Shown here: positions 1 to 12,009 of the stretch, piece after piece | Layout: every line of letters begins with the position of its first letter | How positions within the stretch are numbered: the stretch's first letter is position 1 | NCBI GenBank assembly: GCA_965287045.1 | Contig: OZ336884.1 | Span: 16,306,001-16,370,000 of the forward strand | DNA: 64,000 nucleotides | Direction: 5' to 3' | From: Carcharhinus amblyrhynchos | Taxonomy: Eukaryota | Notes under the pieces: model-generated | What the model was told of the DNA's origin: nothing | The model's input: only the letters and a program-made list of their open reading frames with translations | Database searches by the model: none | Made by a program: the position numbers and the translations under genes

Positions 1-235
1 CCCACTTACCTTCTTCTGTCGGGAAAGAGACACAAAAAGTACCAACCAACTCAATAACAGCTTCTTCCCTGCTGCCATCAGTCCTTTGAAATGGGCCTAC
101 CTCGCATTAAATTGACCTTTCTCTACACCCTAGCTATATGACTGTAACATTACATTCTGTTTCGTTTGTGTAACATGTAAGAAACAATACTTTTCAGTAT
201 ATGCTAATATGTGACAATACTAAAGCAAATAAAAA
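1..235 (+). mobile_element. Rex1/Babar-type LINE 3' end fragment
   Basis: Nearly the same as the 3' end of the Rex-like element at 40560-40821 (ACCAACCAACTCAATAACAGCTTCTTCCC...TGTGACAAT). Confidence 0.7.
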
Positions 236-479
236 AAACCCATCCCAGCCCCACCTTACGAGTAAAAATCTGCCCTCTGATTCCCAGACTATCTCACTTG
301 TAAGCACATCTCCTTCTGACACATCCTCAGATCTGCTTCCAAACCTAGCAAACAGATAGATGTACTAATAGTAGTGGTGTAGCTACCCACCACTACTCCC
401 CCTTTCCAGTATGAGCCAGTTTTTTTTTACAGCCTGGCCTAAACTAGTCATTTCCCGTAGTGTGTTCTCAGTATTCCCC

Positions 480-960
480 TGTTATAATCGACCTTTATCT
501 GAAATGGAAAGAATCTCAGTTTATCGACAATTTAGATTAATGAGGGTCACATTGAGAAACAATTCACGGCCCGAGGCGCAATATTTGAAATGCTAATTAG
601 GTTCACTGCGAATTGTAAACAGTGTAATTAAAAATCCCACTCCCTGATGGTGTTTCTGAATGAATAATTATCGATCTTAAATAATTCTCCACGGTGCCGA
701 TAAAATCTGATTCAGATTTCTTTATGCGTCTTTTTTTTGCCTTTATCGATTTTTTTTTAAACTCATGCTGATGATGACTTCAATCATGTCCAGCCGTGGA
801 GTCAGACACAGACAGGCGGAAAAGAGCTGCATCAGCTGTGTGCTGCAACTGGAACCGTGTGCATTACATCGTTAGCCTGAAACTGAACAACCAAACCACC
901 CCCCGCCCTCTCCATCAATGAGCCCCTTGGGTGTGGTTAGTCATAACCTGTCCTTCACAA
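480..960 (+). promoter_or_regulatory. Probable TAGLN3 promoter
   Basis: Locally CpG-enriched, non-repetitive sequence. GC box CCCCGCCC at ~901-908, E-box CAGCTG at ~833, repeated TTATCGA(T) motifs and an RE1-like site at 685-700. Lies just upstream of a strong splice donor at 1072. Confidence 0.5.
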
Positions 961-1071
961 ATATCCTTCTCTGAGCTGTTCTGAGGAGTTCACTCTTCTT
1001 CCAACCTAACTGGAGGTGTCTATCTCACCTCCGTCTGTCTGTTAGCATCCCTGCGGACGCCTTCATTTCAG
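960..1071 (+). other. TAGLN3: Putative non-coding exon 1 of TAGLN3 (start approximate)
   Basis: Ends at CAG|GTTAGT donor (GT 1072-1073). The ATG exon at 8269 has its own acceptor, so an upstream 5'UTR exon is required. Confidence 0.5.
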
Positions 1072-3564
1072 GTTAGTTATATAAACGGCAAGCACAATAT
1101 AGAGAAAGAGTAATAAAAACACACTTGGATTGAGGGGGGGGGGAAAAAATCACTGGGGGTGGGAATGCTTTTAAATACAATAGCCCAAGGCAAGCTAATG
1201 ACTCATTAGCAATGCGGTTGTAATTGTGGGCAGTATTAGTTATAAGAGCAGTCCTGTAGAGATGCTGTACCAGAACGTTCATATTCAGCTATCTTCAGCA
1301 TCGTTCAGTTAATTATTTGAGAAGGTCAGGTCGTCTATCCTTTCTTTACTGACTTTTTTTTAAAAGATGTTGTACCTAATGTTTAATTCTAATGATGCTG
1401 ACAAATTTCTGGAGTTTTTATTCTCTAACTTAAAGTTACACAAATCCAAAAACTGTAGGCTTATTCAGTTTTCAGTGAAATGCTACTGTTATTAGAAAGT
1501 ATACTTGTAACATTAATTTTTTTCAAAAAATTTAAAGGTTGTAATTGGAAGAAATATAATATTAGTCTTTGTGTAAATTATTTTCTTCCCTTACCCTGTA
1601 ATATATAAATATTGGTGGTACTTTGTCAATGGCTAGAAGCAGACTTTGATAATGGCAGGAGAGCAGATGGCAATACGTGAAGAGACTGGGGGCTCTTTGC
1701 TGTTTTGGCTGTGAAGTGCTTAAGTGGTTTTCTACTGGTTGAAAATTCCAATTGCACAAACTTGGTTGCATTGTAATAGACTAAAATTAAAATGGAGCAA
1801 CTGGCATGATCAGGTGAATCATTAGGTGATAATGGTGTAAATGGCCTAAAAGCAAAGCATTGAACACAACCAATAAAATGTTCCAATATCTGACCCATTT
1901 ATTTATGTTCTTGCATAACTGGCCTTGTATTGAGCCTGTGTTCAAATTTAACTTGCCTGTGTATTCAGTATCCTTGTTCTTTTTGAGAGGATTGAAGTGA
2001 AAGGAAAATCAGTTTTAAACACAAGTTCTGTCACCCATAAACTTTAACTATTTAGTATATTTGCATGCTTAATAGGGAAGGGCACCACAAATTTTAGTTT
2101 TTTTATTAAAAAAAATGCAAATGATTGAATCTGAAACACACTTTGAATGCATATCAGTTCAAAAACTGAGGGGTAAAAATAGAATGCCTGTCTGAGACCA
2201 AATGATTTGATTACAAACAATGGTTGGTGGACATCTGGAACTTGCTCTCTCTCAAAGGGGCTGTGCTTGGCCATTTAAAATTGAAGGTCCATAGATTAAA
2301 GAACAGATCACCATCCACTTTAAACTGCAGAATAAGTTCATGGGGGTGAATAGCCTATTTCTGTTGGGTTATTTGAAACCTGGTGCTGAATTACTGCTTT
2401 TCTTTCAATATAAGAATATTTTAAATCAGTACAAAATTAGAAATGAAGAAGTAACAATACTTGCACTAACACAGTTGTCTTTAAAATGAAAATTTTAAAG
2501 TCTTTATTTGAAGACCTAGACTACAATTTATTAACTGGCAGTTTTGCAGCAGTCAGCCAGATCTCATTAAGTGCATCGAATTATCTTTTTGCTTGCAAAT
2601 CCCAAAATGAGTAATTGTATTCTGTTCAATAGTGAATCGATATTGAATATTTAGCAGCTTGTTCAATTCAACCAGTGAACGTATTGATCTAGCCATCAAA
2701 TCCCTTGTCCACAAGGCATGGCCTAATTATTACAATTCAGTTTCTCTTGGTGAATCACTGACTCAGTTGTTTTTGGCTTTTGAATAATTGAGATAGTGTG
2801 ATGATGACAAAACAGATTTGGAATCCAGTAACTTTATAATACAAGGCTAGATAAAATTCCACAAAGACAACCATTAACTAACTTACTTGTGATTTGTATT
2901 GGGTTTTGGAAAATAACTTGCAGCAATTGAAGCTAAACTGATAATTGCATTTTGAGAATTGCCTCAGTCCTACAGTAGCTGATTTTCACCCTCCTGTAGT
3001 CATTGTTAAAGGTTGAAATAGGAATGTAAATAGGCCAATGTTTCATTTTGCCCCTTGAGCCTTTTCCATCATTAGATCACAGTTGATCTATCCTTCAACC
3101 CCATTTACTTGGTGTTTTTCTTTGCTCCAAATCTCTCGGTACCCATGCCGAACATCCATCTGCTCAGTTAAATCTGAAATTTTATTGATCTGGCGTCCTT
3201 TTGGGAACATGTTCCAAATTTCTGCTGCTGTTTGGAGGGAGAAAGTAATTCTTGATTTAAATCCAAACAGCTGATGATATCTCACATTCGACGAAAGAAA
3301 AACCTTGGGTTAGTTTGCCATTAATTTGTTGTCTCATTTCGGAAGTGTCTAGTCTCTAATGGTTTGGTCTGTATTTAGTATGGTATGCATCTATATTAAT
3401 TTTGCTGTAGCCTGCCACTTTCTATTCTCAATTTCAATAAATCTTTAGGCTCAGTAATGATTCTCCTTTTTTAAAATGTTTTTTCCATTTACTTTGCAGC
3501 CTTGGATATTCTGGGTGTTTTTTTGTTTTAGATCTTCCCTGTTTTGGAGCAGGCAATCATTAAC

Positions 3565-4280
3565 TAGGGAAGTGGGCCAAGGATTGGCAAATGGATTTCA
3601 ATACACTTAAATGTGAGGTGTTGCATTTTGGAAAGCCAAACTAGGGTAGAACTTGTACAATGAATGTTTGGGCCCTGGGGGTATTGAGGAACCTAGAAGT
3701 ATAGCTATATAGTTTGTTAAAAGTATCTCAGATGGGGTGGTGAAGAGTGTCTGGCACCCTGACTTCAGTCAGGGCATTGAGTATGAGTTGGGACATTGTT
3801 GCAGTTGTATAAGTCATTGAGACAGCACTTGGAAACAGTTTTGGTCACCCTCCTTTTTTACAGGTAAGATACTGGAAAGAGTGCAAAGAAGATTTGTGAG
3901 GACACTGCCAGGGCTAATGGGCTGCCTGAATTTTATAAGCAAAAGTTAACCAGGCTAGGAAAATGAGGGGCATAGATAAAATGAACATAGTCTTTCCCTA
4001 GGAAAGGGGAATTGAAAACTAGAGGACATAGGCTTAAAGTGAAAGGGACTTGAGGGGTAGCTTCTTTATGCAAGAGTGGTGTGTATGGAATGAGCTGTCA
4101 GAGAAAGTGGTTGAGGCAGGTACAATAGCAACATCTAAAAAGCATTAGAGAAGCCCATAGATGGGAAAGGATTTGAGGGATATGGGCCAAACACTGGCAG
4201 CTGAGACTATCTGGGAGGGCACCATGGTCAGCATGAGCCACTTGGACTGAAGGGCCTGTTTCTCTGCTGTGACTCTGCAC
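3565..4280 (+). mobile_element. Old degenerate CR1 LINE 3' fragment
   Basis: Decayed RT C-terminal coding (WQMDFN..KCEVLHFG) and CR1 3' hairpin GGACTGAAGGGCCTGTTTC. Confidence 0.7.
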
Positions 4281-4499
4281 CTCTCAGCTTAATCTTGCTG
4301 CACTGATGAAGCCTCCTGTCTCTATGTAGTCAGTTCTTTGGTTGCTGCATATCCAGCACCTCTTTTTAAATAAAACAGAAAATAAGGTTAGACATGTGCA
4401 TAGCATCTTCTGTGGAGGAAGATGTTTCAGGTTCATGGCCTTTTGTCAGAAATCTTTCTTCATTGGTGATTGAGCTGTTCAGTTATGTGAAGCTATAAA

Positions 4500-7030
4500 C
4501 ACAGGACTACCTGTGAGCAAACTGGTGAATGCAGCATGCAAAAGACAGAGCTAAGTGTTTTTACTACCACCACCACACCAACAAAAACAGGTCATCTAAA
4601 CTTAGCAGTCCTGACACATCAATTGTGACTGGTATTGGACAATTAAACAACTGGAGGAATTCGCTCTACAAATATCCTCATCCTTTAGTGATTGGGCACC
4701 CAGCACAATGAGGCTGAAGCATTTGCAGCCATCTTCAACCAGAAGTGCTGGGTGGCTGATCCATCTCAATTGCTTCCTGAGGTCCTCAGCATCAGATGCC
4801 AGCCTTCAACCATTTCAGTTCACTCCATGTGATATCAAGAAATAGCTGAAGGCACTGCATGTGACAAAAGCAATGGGCACTGACTGCTTTCCAACAGTAG
4901 TACTGAAGGTTTGTGCTCAAATTAGCAGTGTCTCTCTCCAAGCTGTTCCAGTGCAGCTTCAACGCTAGTATCTACCTGGTAATGTGCAGACTTGTGCTGG
5001 TATGTCTTGTCCACAAAAAGCAGGATTAAATCCAGCCTGGCTAACTAACTGCCTTGTCTAGTTACTTATCAGTCTACATTTGGATCATCCATAATATGAT
5101 GGATGGGATAGCCAATAATGCTATCAAGTGGTATTTAGTAATCACCTGTTCATTGCTCAGTTTAGGTTGTGCCAGAGCCATTTGGCTCCTGACCTCAATA
5201 TGGCTTTGGATCCAAATGTGGACATGAGCTGAACTCAAGGGCAGGTGAGAATGCCTGCATCTTACAAGTAGGCAGCATTTGACTAGGTGTGACATTAAGG
5301 AGTTCTACCAAAACTGGTGTCATGCATAGGTAGAAAGGAAGATAGATGTTGGAGGTCAATCTGCCTTTGTTCCATGACATCACTGCAGCAGTGCCTCAGT
5401 ATTGCATCTTCTGCCCAAACAGCTAGCTGCTTCAGTGACCTTCCTTGCATCATGATGTCAGAAGTGGGGTTGTTCACTGCAGTCATTGGTGAATATTCCC
5501 ATCACGTTCACCACTCGCTGTCTCAGACTGAAACAGTCCATGCCCTTGTCCAGAAAGACCTGGACAACAAAAAAGTTTGGGCTGTTTGTGGTGAAACAAC
5601 CATCTTCAATAAGAGAATCCAACCTTCTACTTTGATGTTCTGATGAAACTTGGTGTTAAATATTTGGGGGTTTGTTATTAAGCAGGCTTGTGGGTATCAT
5701 GTATGTTTGTGTAAAACTGTACTTAAACAAAACTGGTTGCAAGCTTTAGGACATCAAGGTGTTAATAGCATGCACTTCAATAAACAAGGGAGAAATTTGA
5801 ATTACAAGGTAAGGAAGGAATTGCGGTTTCCTTAGTTATGTCAAAGGACTGTAAATATTACAGCTTTCAAATTTTATAAGCTTAATTTAAAGTGTTGGGT
5901 GAATATGGAAGATTTTTATACTGGGAAGTTAAGGGCAATAGAATCAAACTAAAGTGGCAGAGTAAAGCAGCATTACAGCAAAGAAAAGTCTTTTTTCCAG
6001 AAAGCAGGGTTTCATTTTAAGGTTTCATGAACTTCCAAAACACAATGGGAGATGGTGAGAAATCCTGTAATGTACCTTTCCCACAGCAACAGTAGATTTG
6101 CCTTGTGGCAATACTGAAATTGTTACAACTAAACATTAGGAGTTGTTGCTTTTTGGTGTTTACTTAGTCTAACCAAGTAGGAAATCTTTTTGGGAGATTG
6201 TTCTGTAAAACTAATTTTAACTATGTAAATATTATCTTGTGCACTTAATTTGCTTTTCTTGAAAATCCTGAAAGCATTACTGGAATTTATGGCTCCTGAA
6301 TTCAGTAAGCATGTCTTTTGTGATACAAAGTAGTGATAAGTAGGCCAAATTTTTCTTTGGGATTTGGTTTGCAAGGCAGTTACCATCTGCTGAATCATAA
6401 CATTCAATGACATTACCATTCCCCCACTTATCAACATTTTTGGGGTCACCATTGATTAGAGACTAAACTGGACCAGCTATATAACTATAAAATCAAAAGC
6501 TAGGAATTTTGTGGAGAGTAATTTCCCCAAAGCCTATCCATCTACATGGCACAAGACAAGAGTGATAAAATACTATCCACTTGCCTGAGTGAGCATAGCT
6601 CCACCTACACAAGCAGCTTGATGCTGTTCTGGACAAAAGTTTCTTGTCACCTCATCCTCCACCTTCAACTTTTACTCACTGCTGCTACTGTGTGTCAGTG
6701 GGGGAGTATGTATGTACCATCTGCAAAATGCACTGCAGCAGTTCAAGGCTGCTTTTACAGCACCTTTTTTTTTTGAAACCCACAACCTCTTCCACCTAGA
6801 AGGAGCAGCCGCCACATGAACACTACCACCTGCAAGTTCCTTCCCAAACCTCCCACCGTCCTGACTTGGAATGTATTACTGTTTCTTCACTGTCGTTGGG
6901 TCAAAATCCTGGAACTTCTTCCCTTACAGCACTGTGGCTATTCTTGAACCACATGAATTGCAGTTCACCACCACCTCTAGGGAAACCCAGCAATAAATGC
7001 TGGACTAGACAGAAATACCCACATTCTGTG
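4500..7030 (+). mobile_element. Degenerate L2-clade LINE interrupted by an LTR-like insertion
   Basis: Decayed RT-like sequence. The 3' end GCAATAAATGCTGG...CCCACAT is shared with the copies at 16020-16520 and 63070-63630. Confidence 0.55.
5636..6402. mobile_element. Putative solo LTR (~767 bp)
   Basis: Termini TGTTCTGAT...ATCATAACA (8/9 inverted match, TG...CA). Flanks TTGA/TTCA. It splits the L2-like sequence, which resumes on the other side. Confidence 0.5.
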
Positions 7031-7269
7031 TAAAGAGACTTTTTTTAAAAAAAAGTTACCCACTGCAGTCAACTATCCAATACTTGCACTTCCATCTGCA
7101 GACTTGTTTGTCTATTTTTCTCTAGTGTTTTTGGTGCAATGCTATTAATCTCATTATTGCAGTGGATTTGCAGTGAGTCAGAAGCAAACTGAGGCTGCAA
7201 CTATTTCATTTTAGCTATGCATATTTATGCTATTAACTGAATCACAAAAGGTGAGTATACAGGCACAGT

Positions 7270-7800
7270 CTTTAGAATTGAATACAAAAATAGGAAGGTT
7301 AGGCTTCCCTTGCAAAGGGCACTAACACATTTTTGTACTGATCACCATATTTTAAGGAAAAATGTAGACATGTTGGAAATAGCGTAGACAGGCTTTACCA
7401 GACTATACCTAGAATGGGTGGGTTGATTTGAGGAAAGGTTATACAGGCTAGGTTTGTATCCGTTTGAGTTTAAATATGTAAGAGATGACTTGATTGAAAC
7501 AAGATCCTGAGAGGTCTTTATGGGGAAGATGTTTTCTCTTGTGGGAGAATCTAGAACTAGGATCACTATCTAAAAATGAGTTGCCCATTTAAGATGGAGA
7601 TTAGGTTTTTGTCCATAGAACTCTTCTTGAAAAGATGGTGAAAAGTCTTTGAATATTTTTAAGGCAGATGTTAGTTGATTCTTGGTAAGGGGTGATGGGT
7701 TATCAGGGACAGACATAATACTGATTTGAGGTTACTATCACATGTCATGACCTTTTAAGTAACAGAACAGGCTCAAGGGCTGAATGGCCTGCTCCTCATT
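7270..7800 (+). mobile_element. Old CR1 3' fragment
   Basis: Decayed ORF2 C-terminus and 3'UTR ending CAGGCTCAAGGGCTGAATGGCCTGCTCCT. Confidence 0.65.
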
Positions 7801-8268
7801 CATAATATAATTCAAGAAATGAGATCTGGTCAGATGTTTCATTCTGCCTGCAAGACCTGGAATTGTGCTCTATTGATGAATGCTGTGTGTAGATTAATGT
7901 TTATGGGGCAATTGTTCTGTTTTAACCTGGCTAAATTTCCAAAGTAATGGAAATGGTTCATTTGTATGAAGGAGTTTTTAACACAGGATGATTGCTGTAG
8001 TAGGTATAAGCATTAGCACTAAATTAATATGGTAGAAAGGCTCAATAACTTAAATTTTACACTGACCTTGGTTTCTGCTTTTGATCAGTATCTAGAAGCT
8101 TGATTGCAGTGACCTGACTGAGCTATAATGTGGGTCAGAAGGGGATTTAAATTTCCAGGTTACTGTGGTGCTGCCATTTATATTCAACACCATACATCTA
8201 CATATAGATGATGCAGGTAATGGTGTGAGCAGTTTCATACTAAATTTGTTAAATGTTTGCATTTCTAG

Positions 8269-8469
<201 letters not shown>

Positions 8470-9491
8470 TAACTCATTATTCCTAATTAACCAAATCCTG
8501 AGGAAGTGGTCAAGAATAAGTTTGTAGAAAATGTTGAATATATGATTTGGTTAAAATGAGGACCTCCATTATCAGGGAATTGTGCCTAATTACCATACTT
8601 GAGTGCCTATCCTTCCACTTGGGGTGATCTCCTCCTCTTTTTGTCATGTCTATGACGGTGAGTGCTATAACTACAGTGAAATAAGCCTATTGCTTTAGTT
8701 TCACAAATATTGTGGAATATCTTAATTTTAACAGACTGAAAAACCTTTTACCATTTTGGCCAATGGTTTTTATTCTAATTGCTTACAGGAATCTGAGCTA
8801 ATTAATTACACTAATCAGATGATTGACATTTGCTGTTGGCTTGTATTGGATGTGAAATATTCTAATACCTAACAGAAGTTTGAAAAACTGTAGAAGTGCA
8901 TCCAAAGAAGCATGGGGGGGTGGGGGGGGAAAATTAGCACTTTAGCAAGCAGCAATAGTAGGCATGTGTTTTTAATGTCTCCTTCAGGTTTTTCCAATTT
9001 GAGTGACCAGTTGTAGCAGTCTGATTCTGAGCAGAGGACCATTTTTAATCTAGACTGGGCTTTCTCTTTCTTTAAATTTAGTTGTTTTGATTTCTAGGAC
9101 CTTGCTGTGGGTAAACTGCATGGCTGTGCAGTTCAAGGGATGCCTTGGAAGATTTGAAATCTGCTATGCAGGTTACGTAAAAGTGGAAATTTTCAATCCT
9201 AGTCTGCTTTGATGTTTGCTGGTAGTAATATATTTTGGCCTCAGTTCCTTGGGTTAGCTAGGAGGAAATGCAATGTTTCCATTTTCCTGGATGCTAGTTA
9301 CAGACTGAATTGAGTTTGGATATGATGCCCTTGTAACCATGGTCAAGATGTTGTTATCTTCTACTCATTCTAATTCTTGAGCAAGAACAAAAAGCTGGGA
9401 AATATTCCTTCAACCAGTCAGTACAGTAGGTCATGTAGAACCTTCATCAGAACTGGAATTACTTTTTGGTGACAGCTTTAAACTTGAAGAG

Positions 9492-9815
9492 GTAATGGCC
9501 AATGGTATTGCTAGATTATTAGTCCAGAAACTTCAATTAATGTTTTGGGGATTTGGGTTCAAACACTGCCACAGCAGATGGTGGAATTTGAATTTATTAA
9601 AAATATTGAGAATCTATTGACCATAAAAGCATTGTCAGGAAAAACCCATCTGGTTCACTAATGTACTTTTTTTGGGAAGGAAATCTGCTGTACTTAACTG
9701 GTTTGGCCTACCTGTGGCTCTGGAGTCACAGCAATGTAGTTGATTCTCAACTGTCCTTGGGCAACTAAGGACCAGCAATAATTGCTGGCCAGCCAGCAAT
9801 ACCAACATCCCATAA
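9492..9815 (+). mobile_element. tRNA-derived SINE with L2-type tail
   Basis: B-box-like GGGTTCAAAC. The 3' end GGGCAACTAAGG..GCAATAATTGCTGGCCAGCCAGC..CATCCCAT matches the L2-like 3' ends in this window. Confidence 0.55.
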
Positions 9816-9929
9816 TGTTTTTTTTAAAAAAAACCTAATGTATGATTTTAAATAATGCAGCTGTAGTTTTGGTGGCTCCTCAATTGAATGGATAATGAAA
9901 GGTACAAATATTGAATTACTAGTGAGTGC

Positions 9930-10205
9930 TTAGCTTCTGTGGCACCTTTTATGTCCTAAACACTTCACAGACAAGCCATTGTAATGGTCAGAAATGCAAA
10001 CCATTCCACTAAATAGCAATGTGATAATGACCAAACCTGTGATTTTTGAGAGGGATGTATGTTGGCTGGATACCCAGGGAGAACTAAGCTGCTCTTTGAA
10101 TTTAATCCCATGGATTTTTAACATCAGGTAAAACTGACTAGGGTTTAGTTTTGACTTCTCATCTGAAAGAAAACAAACACAATGTGGCACTCCTTCAGTA
10201 CTGGA
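9930..10205 (-). mobile_element. Old Deu-domain/SacSINE1-like SINE fragment
   Basis: Contains TCTCATCTGAAAGA...GTGGCACTCCTTCAGTACTG, recalled as typical of shark Deu-SINEs. Confidence 0.45.
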
Positions 10206-11586
10206 TTTTTTTCATCTGTGTAACAGCATTACTAGCTGGTCCAGCATCTTTTGCTCATCTGGCCATTTTGAAGTTGGTGGGGACTAACCTTGAACCTGCT
10301 GCAGCCCATATGATGTGGAACATGGGCTGGTGCAAAAGTATTAGGCACTCGAGGCAAAGCATCAAACTTGCCAACTACCCCCCACACAATTTTGTGCATT
10401 ATAACAAAATTCTTTTAATGAGATTTATTTAACAAAGGAAAGAATATGATTGCACATGTAATACTGTACCTGTAACAATTACTAGATTTTATTCACAATT
10501 TGCAGTTAATATGGTATTTAACCATTACAAAAATGGACTATTATTTAATGTGGAATTTTGGGAAAGACTGCAATATGTATGTCAATTATATGGAGAAGTG
10601 TATCTGGACTATTCATTCCCACTGTCTGAAGCCTGTTTGTTTATTTTAGTAAATATTGATTCAGTATTTTGTTGCGCTCAGCAACTACTTAGTGGTTGTA
10701 CTAGCCCTGTATGTACAGTCTTTTAAAGGGAGTGAGTTCTAGTGATATGACTATATAGTTCCAAGTCGGGTGGTGGGTGACTTGCAACTTTGCAGGTGGT
10801 GGTATTCCTCAGCATCAGATCCCCAGAGAATGTGGGGTATTACTAAAGAAAGCACATTGAGCAGTGAATAAAATATACTAAATTGAAATGTGTGCAAATT
10901 GTGCTTTCATCTGGAAAGTGTTTGGTGCCTGGGATGGTGCTCAGATGGAAAGTAAAAGGGCAGATGTTGTGCACCTTCTGCTTGCCAGGCCCCCAGGTTG
11001 ATGGTTGGATCTGGTTACACCCAAAAAAGTTTTCAAAGTAGACAAAAAAATTGGGATTTAAAACATGTGCTCAGAAGAAAGTTCAAAGCCCATTAGAATC
11101 TTATGGCTAACAAAATAAATGTTCCAATAAAACAATTTACAATATGAATTAGGAGCAGGCAATTCAGCCCTTCAACCTGCTGTGCCATTCAATACAATCA
11201 TGGCTCATCTCCATTTCATCTTCATGCCCACTTCCCATAACCCTCTCCCCTCTATATTAAACTTATCTCATTACATCCACTGTAAAGTTTATTTATTAGT
11301 CACAAGTAAAGCTTACATTAACTCTGCAATGAAGTCACTGAAGCTCCCTTAGTTGTCATAGTCAGGTGCTTGGGTCAATGCACCTAACCAGCATGTCTTT
11401 CACTGCACTCTAGGGTAACCAAATACCACAGATTTGTGACCCTTTCCTGTTTTAAATATGCCACCCCTTGGTATGAAACAGTCACCTTTTTGGAATGCCC
11501 AGCAAAGGGAATTGTCTGCTCTGTCCATCCCCTTAACATCTTGTATACCTCCAGTAGATCTCCTCTTGTTCTTAATTCTAGTGAGT

Positions 11587-11951
11587 ACATAAGAAATAGG
11601 AGCAGGAGTAGGCCAACTAGCCCTTCGAGCCTGCCCCACCATTCAATAAGATCATGGCTGATCTGTCGTGGCTCAGTTCCACATTCCTGCCCTCTCCCCA
11701 TAACCCTTAATCCCCTTGCTTATCAAAAACCCATCAACCCACGTCTTAAAAATATTTAGCGAGGTATCCACCACTTCAACGGGCAGAGAATTCCAGAGAT
11801 TCACCACCCTTTGAGTGAAGAAGTTCCTCCTCAACTCCGTTCTAAACCGCGCCCCCCTTATCTTGAGGCTGTGCCCCCTAGTCCTACTATCCTTTCTGAG
11901 CAGAAGAGTCTCTCCACCTCTATCCTATCCATCCCATTCATCATCTTATAC
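11587..11951 (-). mobile_element. Young CR1 family A, 5'-truncated copy
   Basis: Reverse complement of ~22826-23195, with the ACATAAGAAATAGGAGCAGG tail end. Inserted into an older CR1 fragment. Confidence 0.9.
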
Positions 11952-12009
11952 TATTATAAACTAATTAAACTAACTAGTATAAACTATTCACTGACTCCAG
12001 GGATGAAGG

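Noticed and set aside
950-975. CArG box expected if this were smooth-muscle TAGLN (SM22)
   Set aside because: CACAAATATCC is not CC(A/T)6GG, and the protein matches TAGLN3.
1042-1063. Second RE1-like string TTAGCATC..GGACGC
   Set aside because: Both half-sites are degenerate and the spacer is non-canonical.
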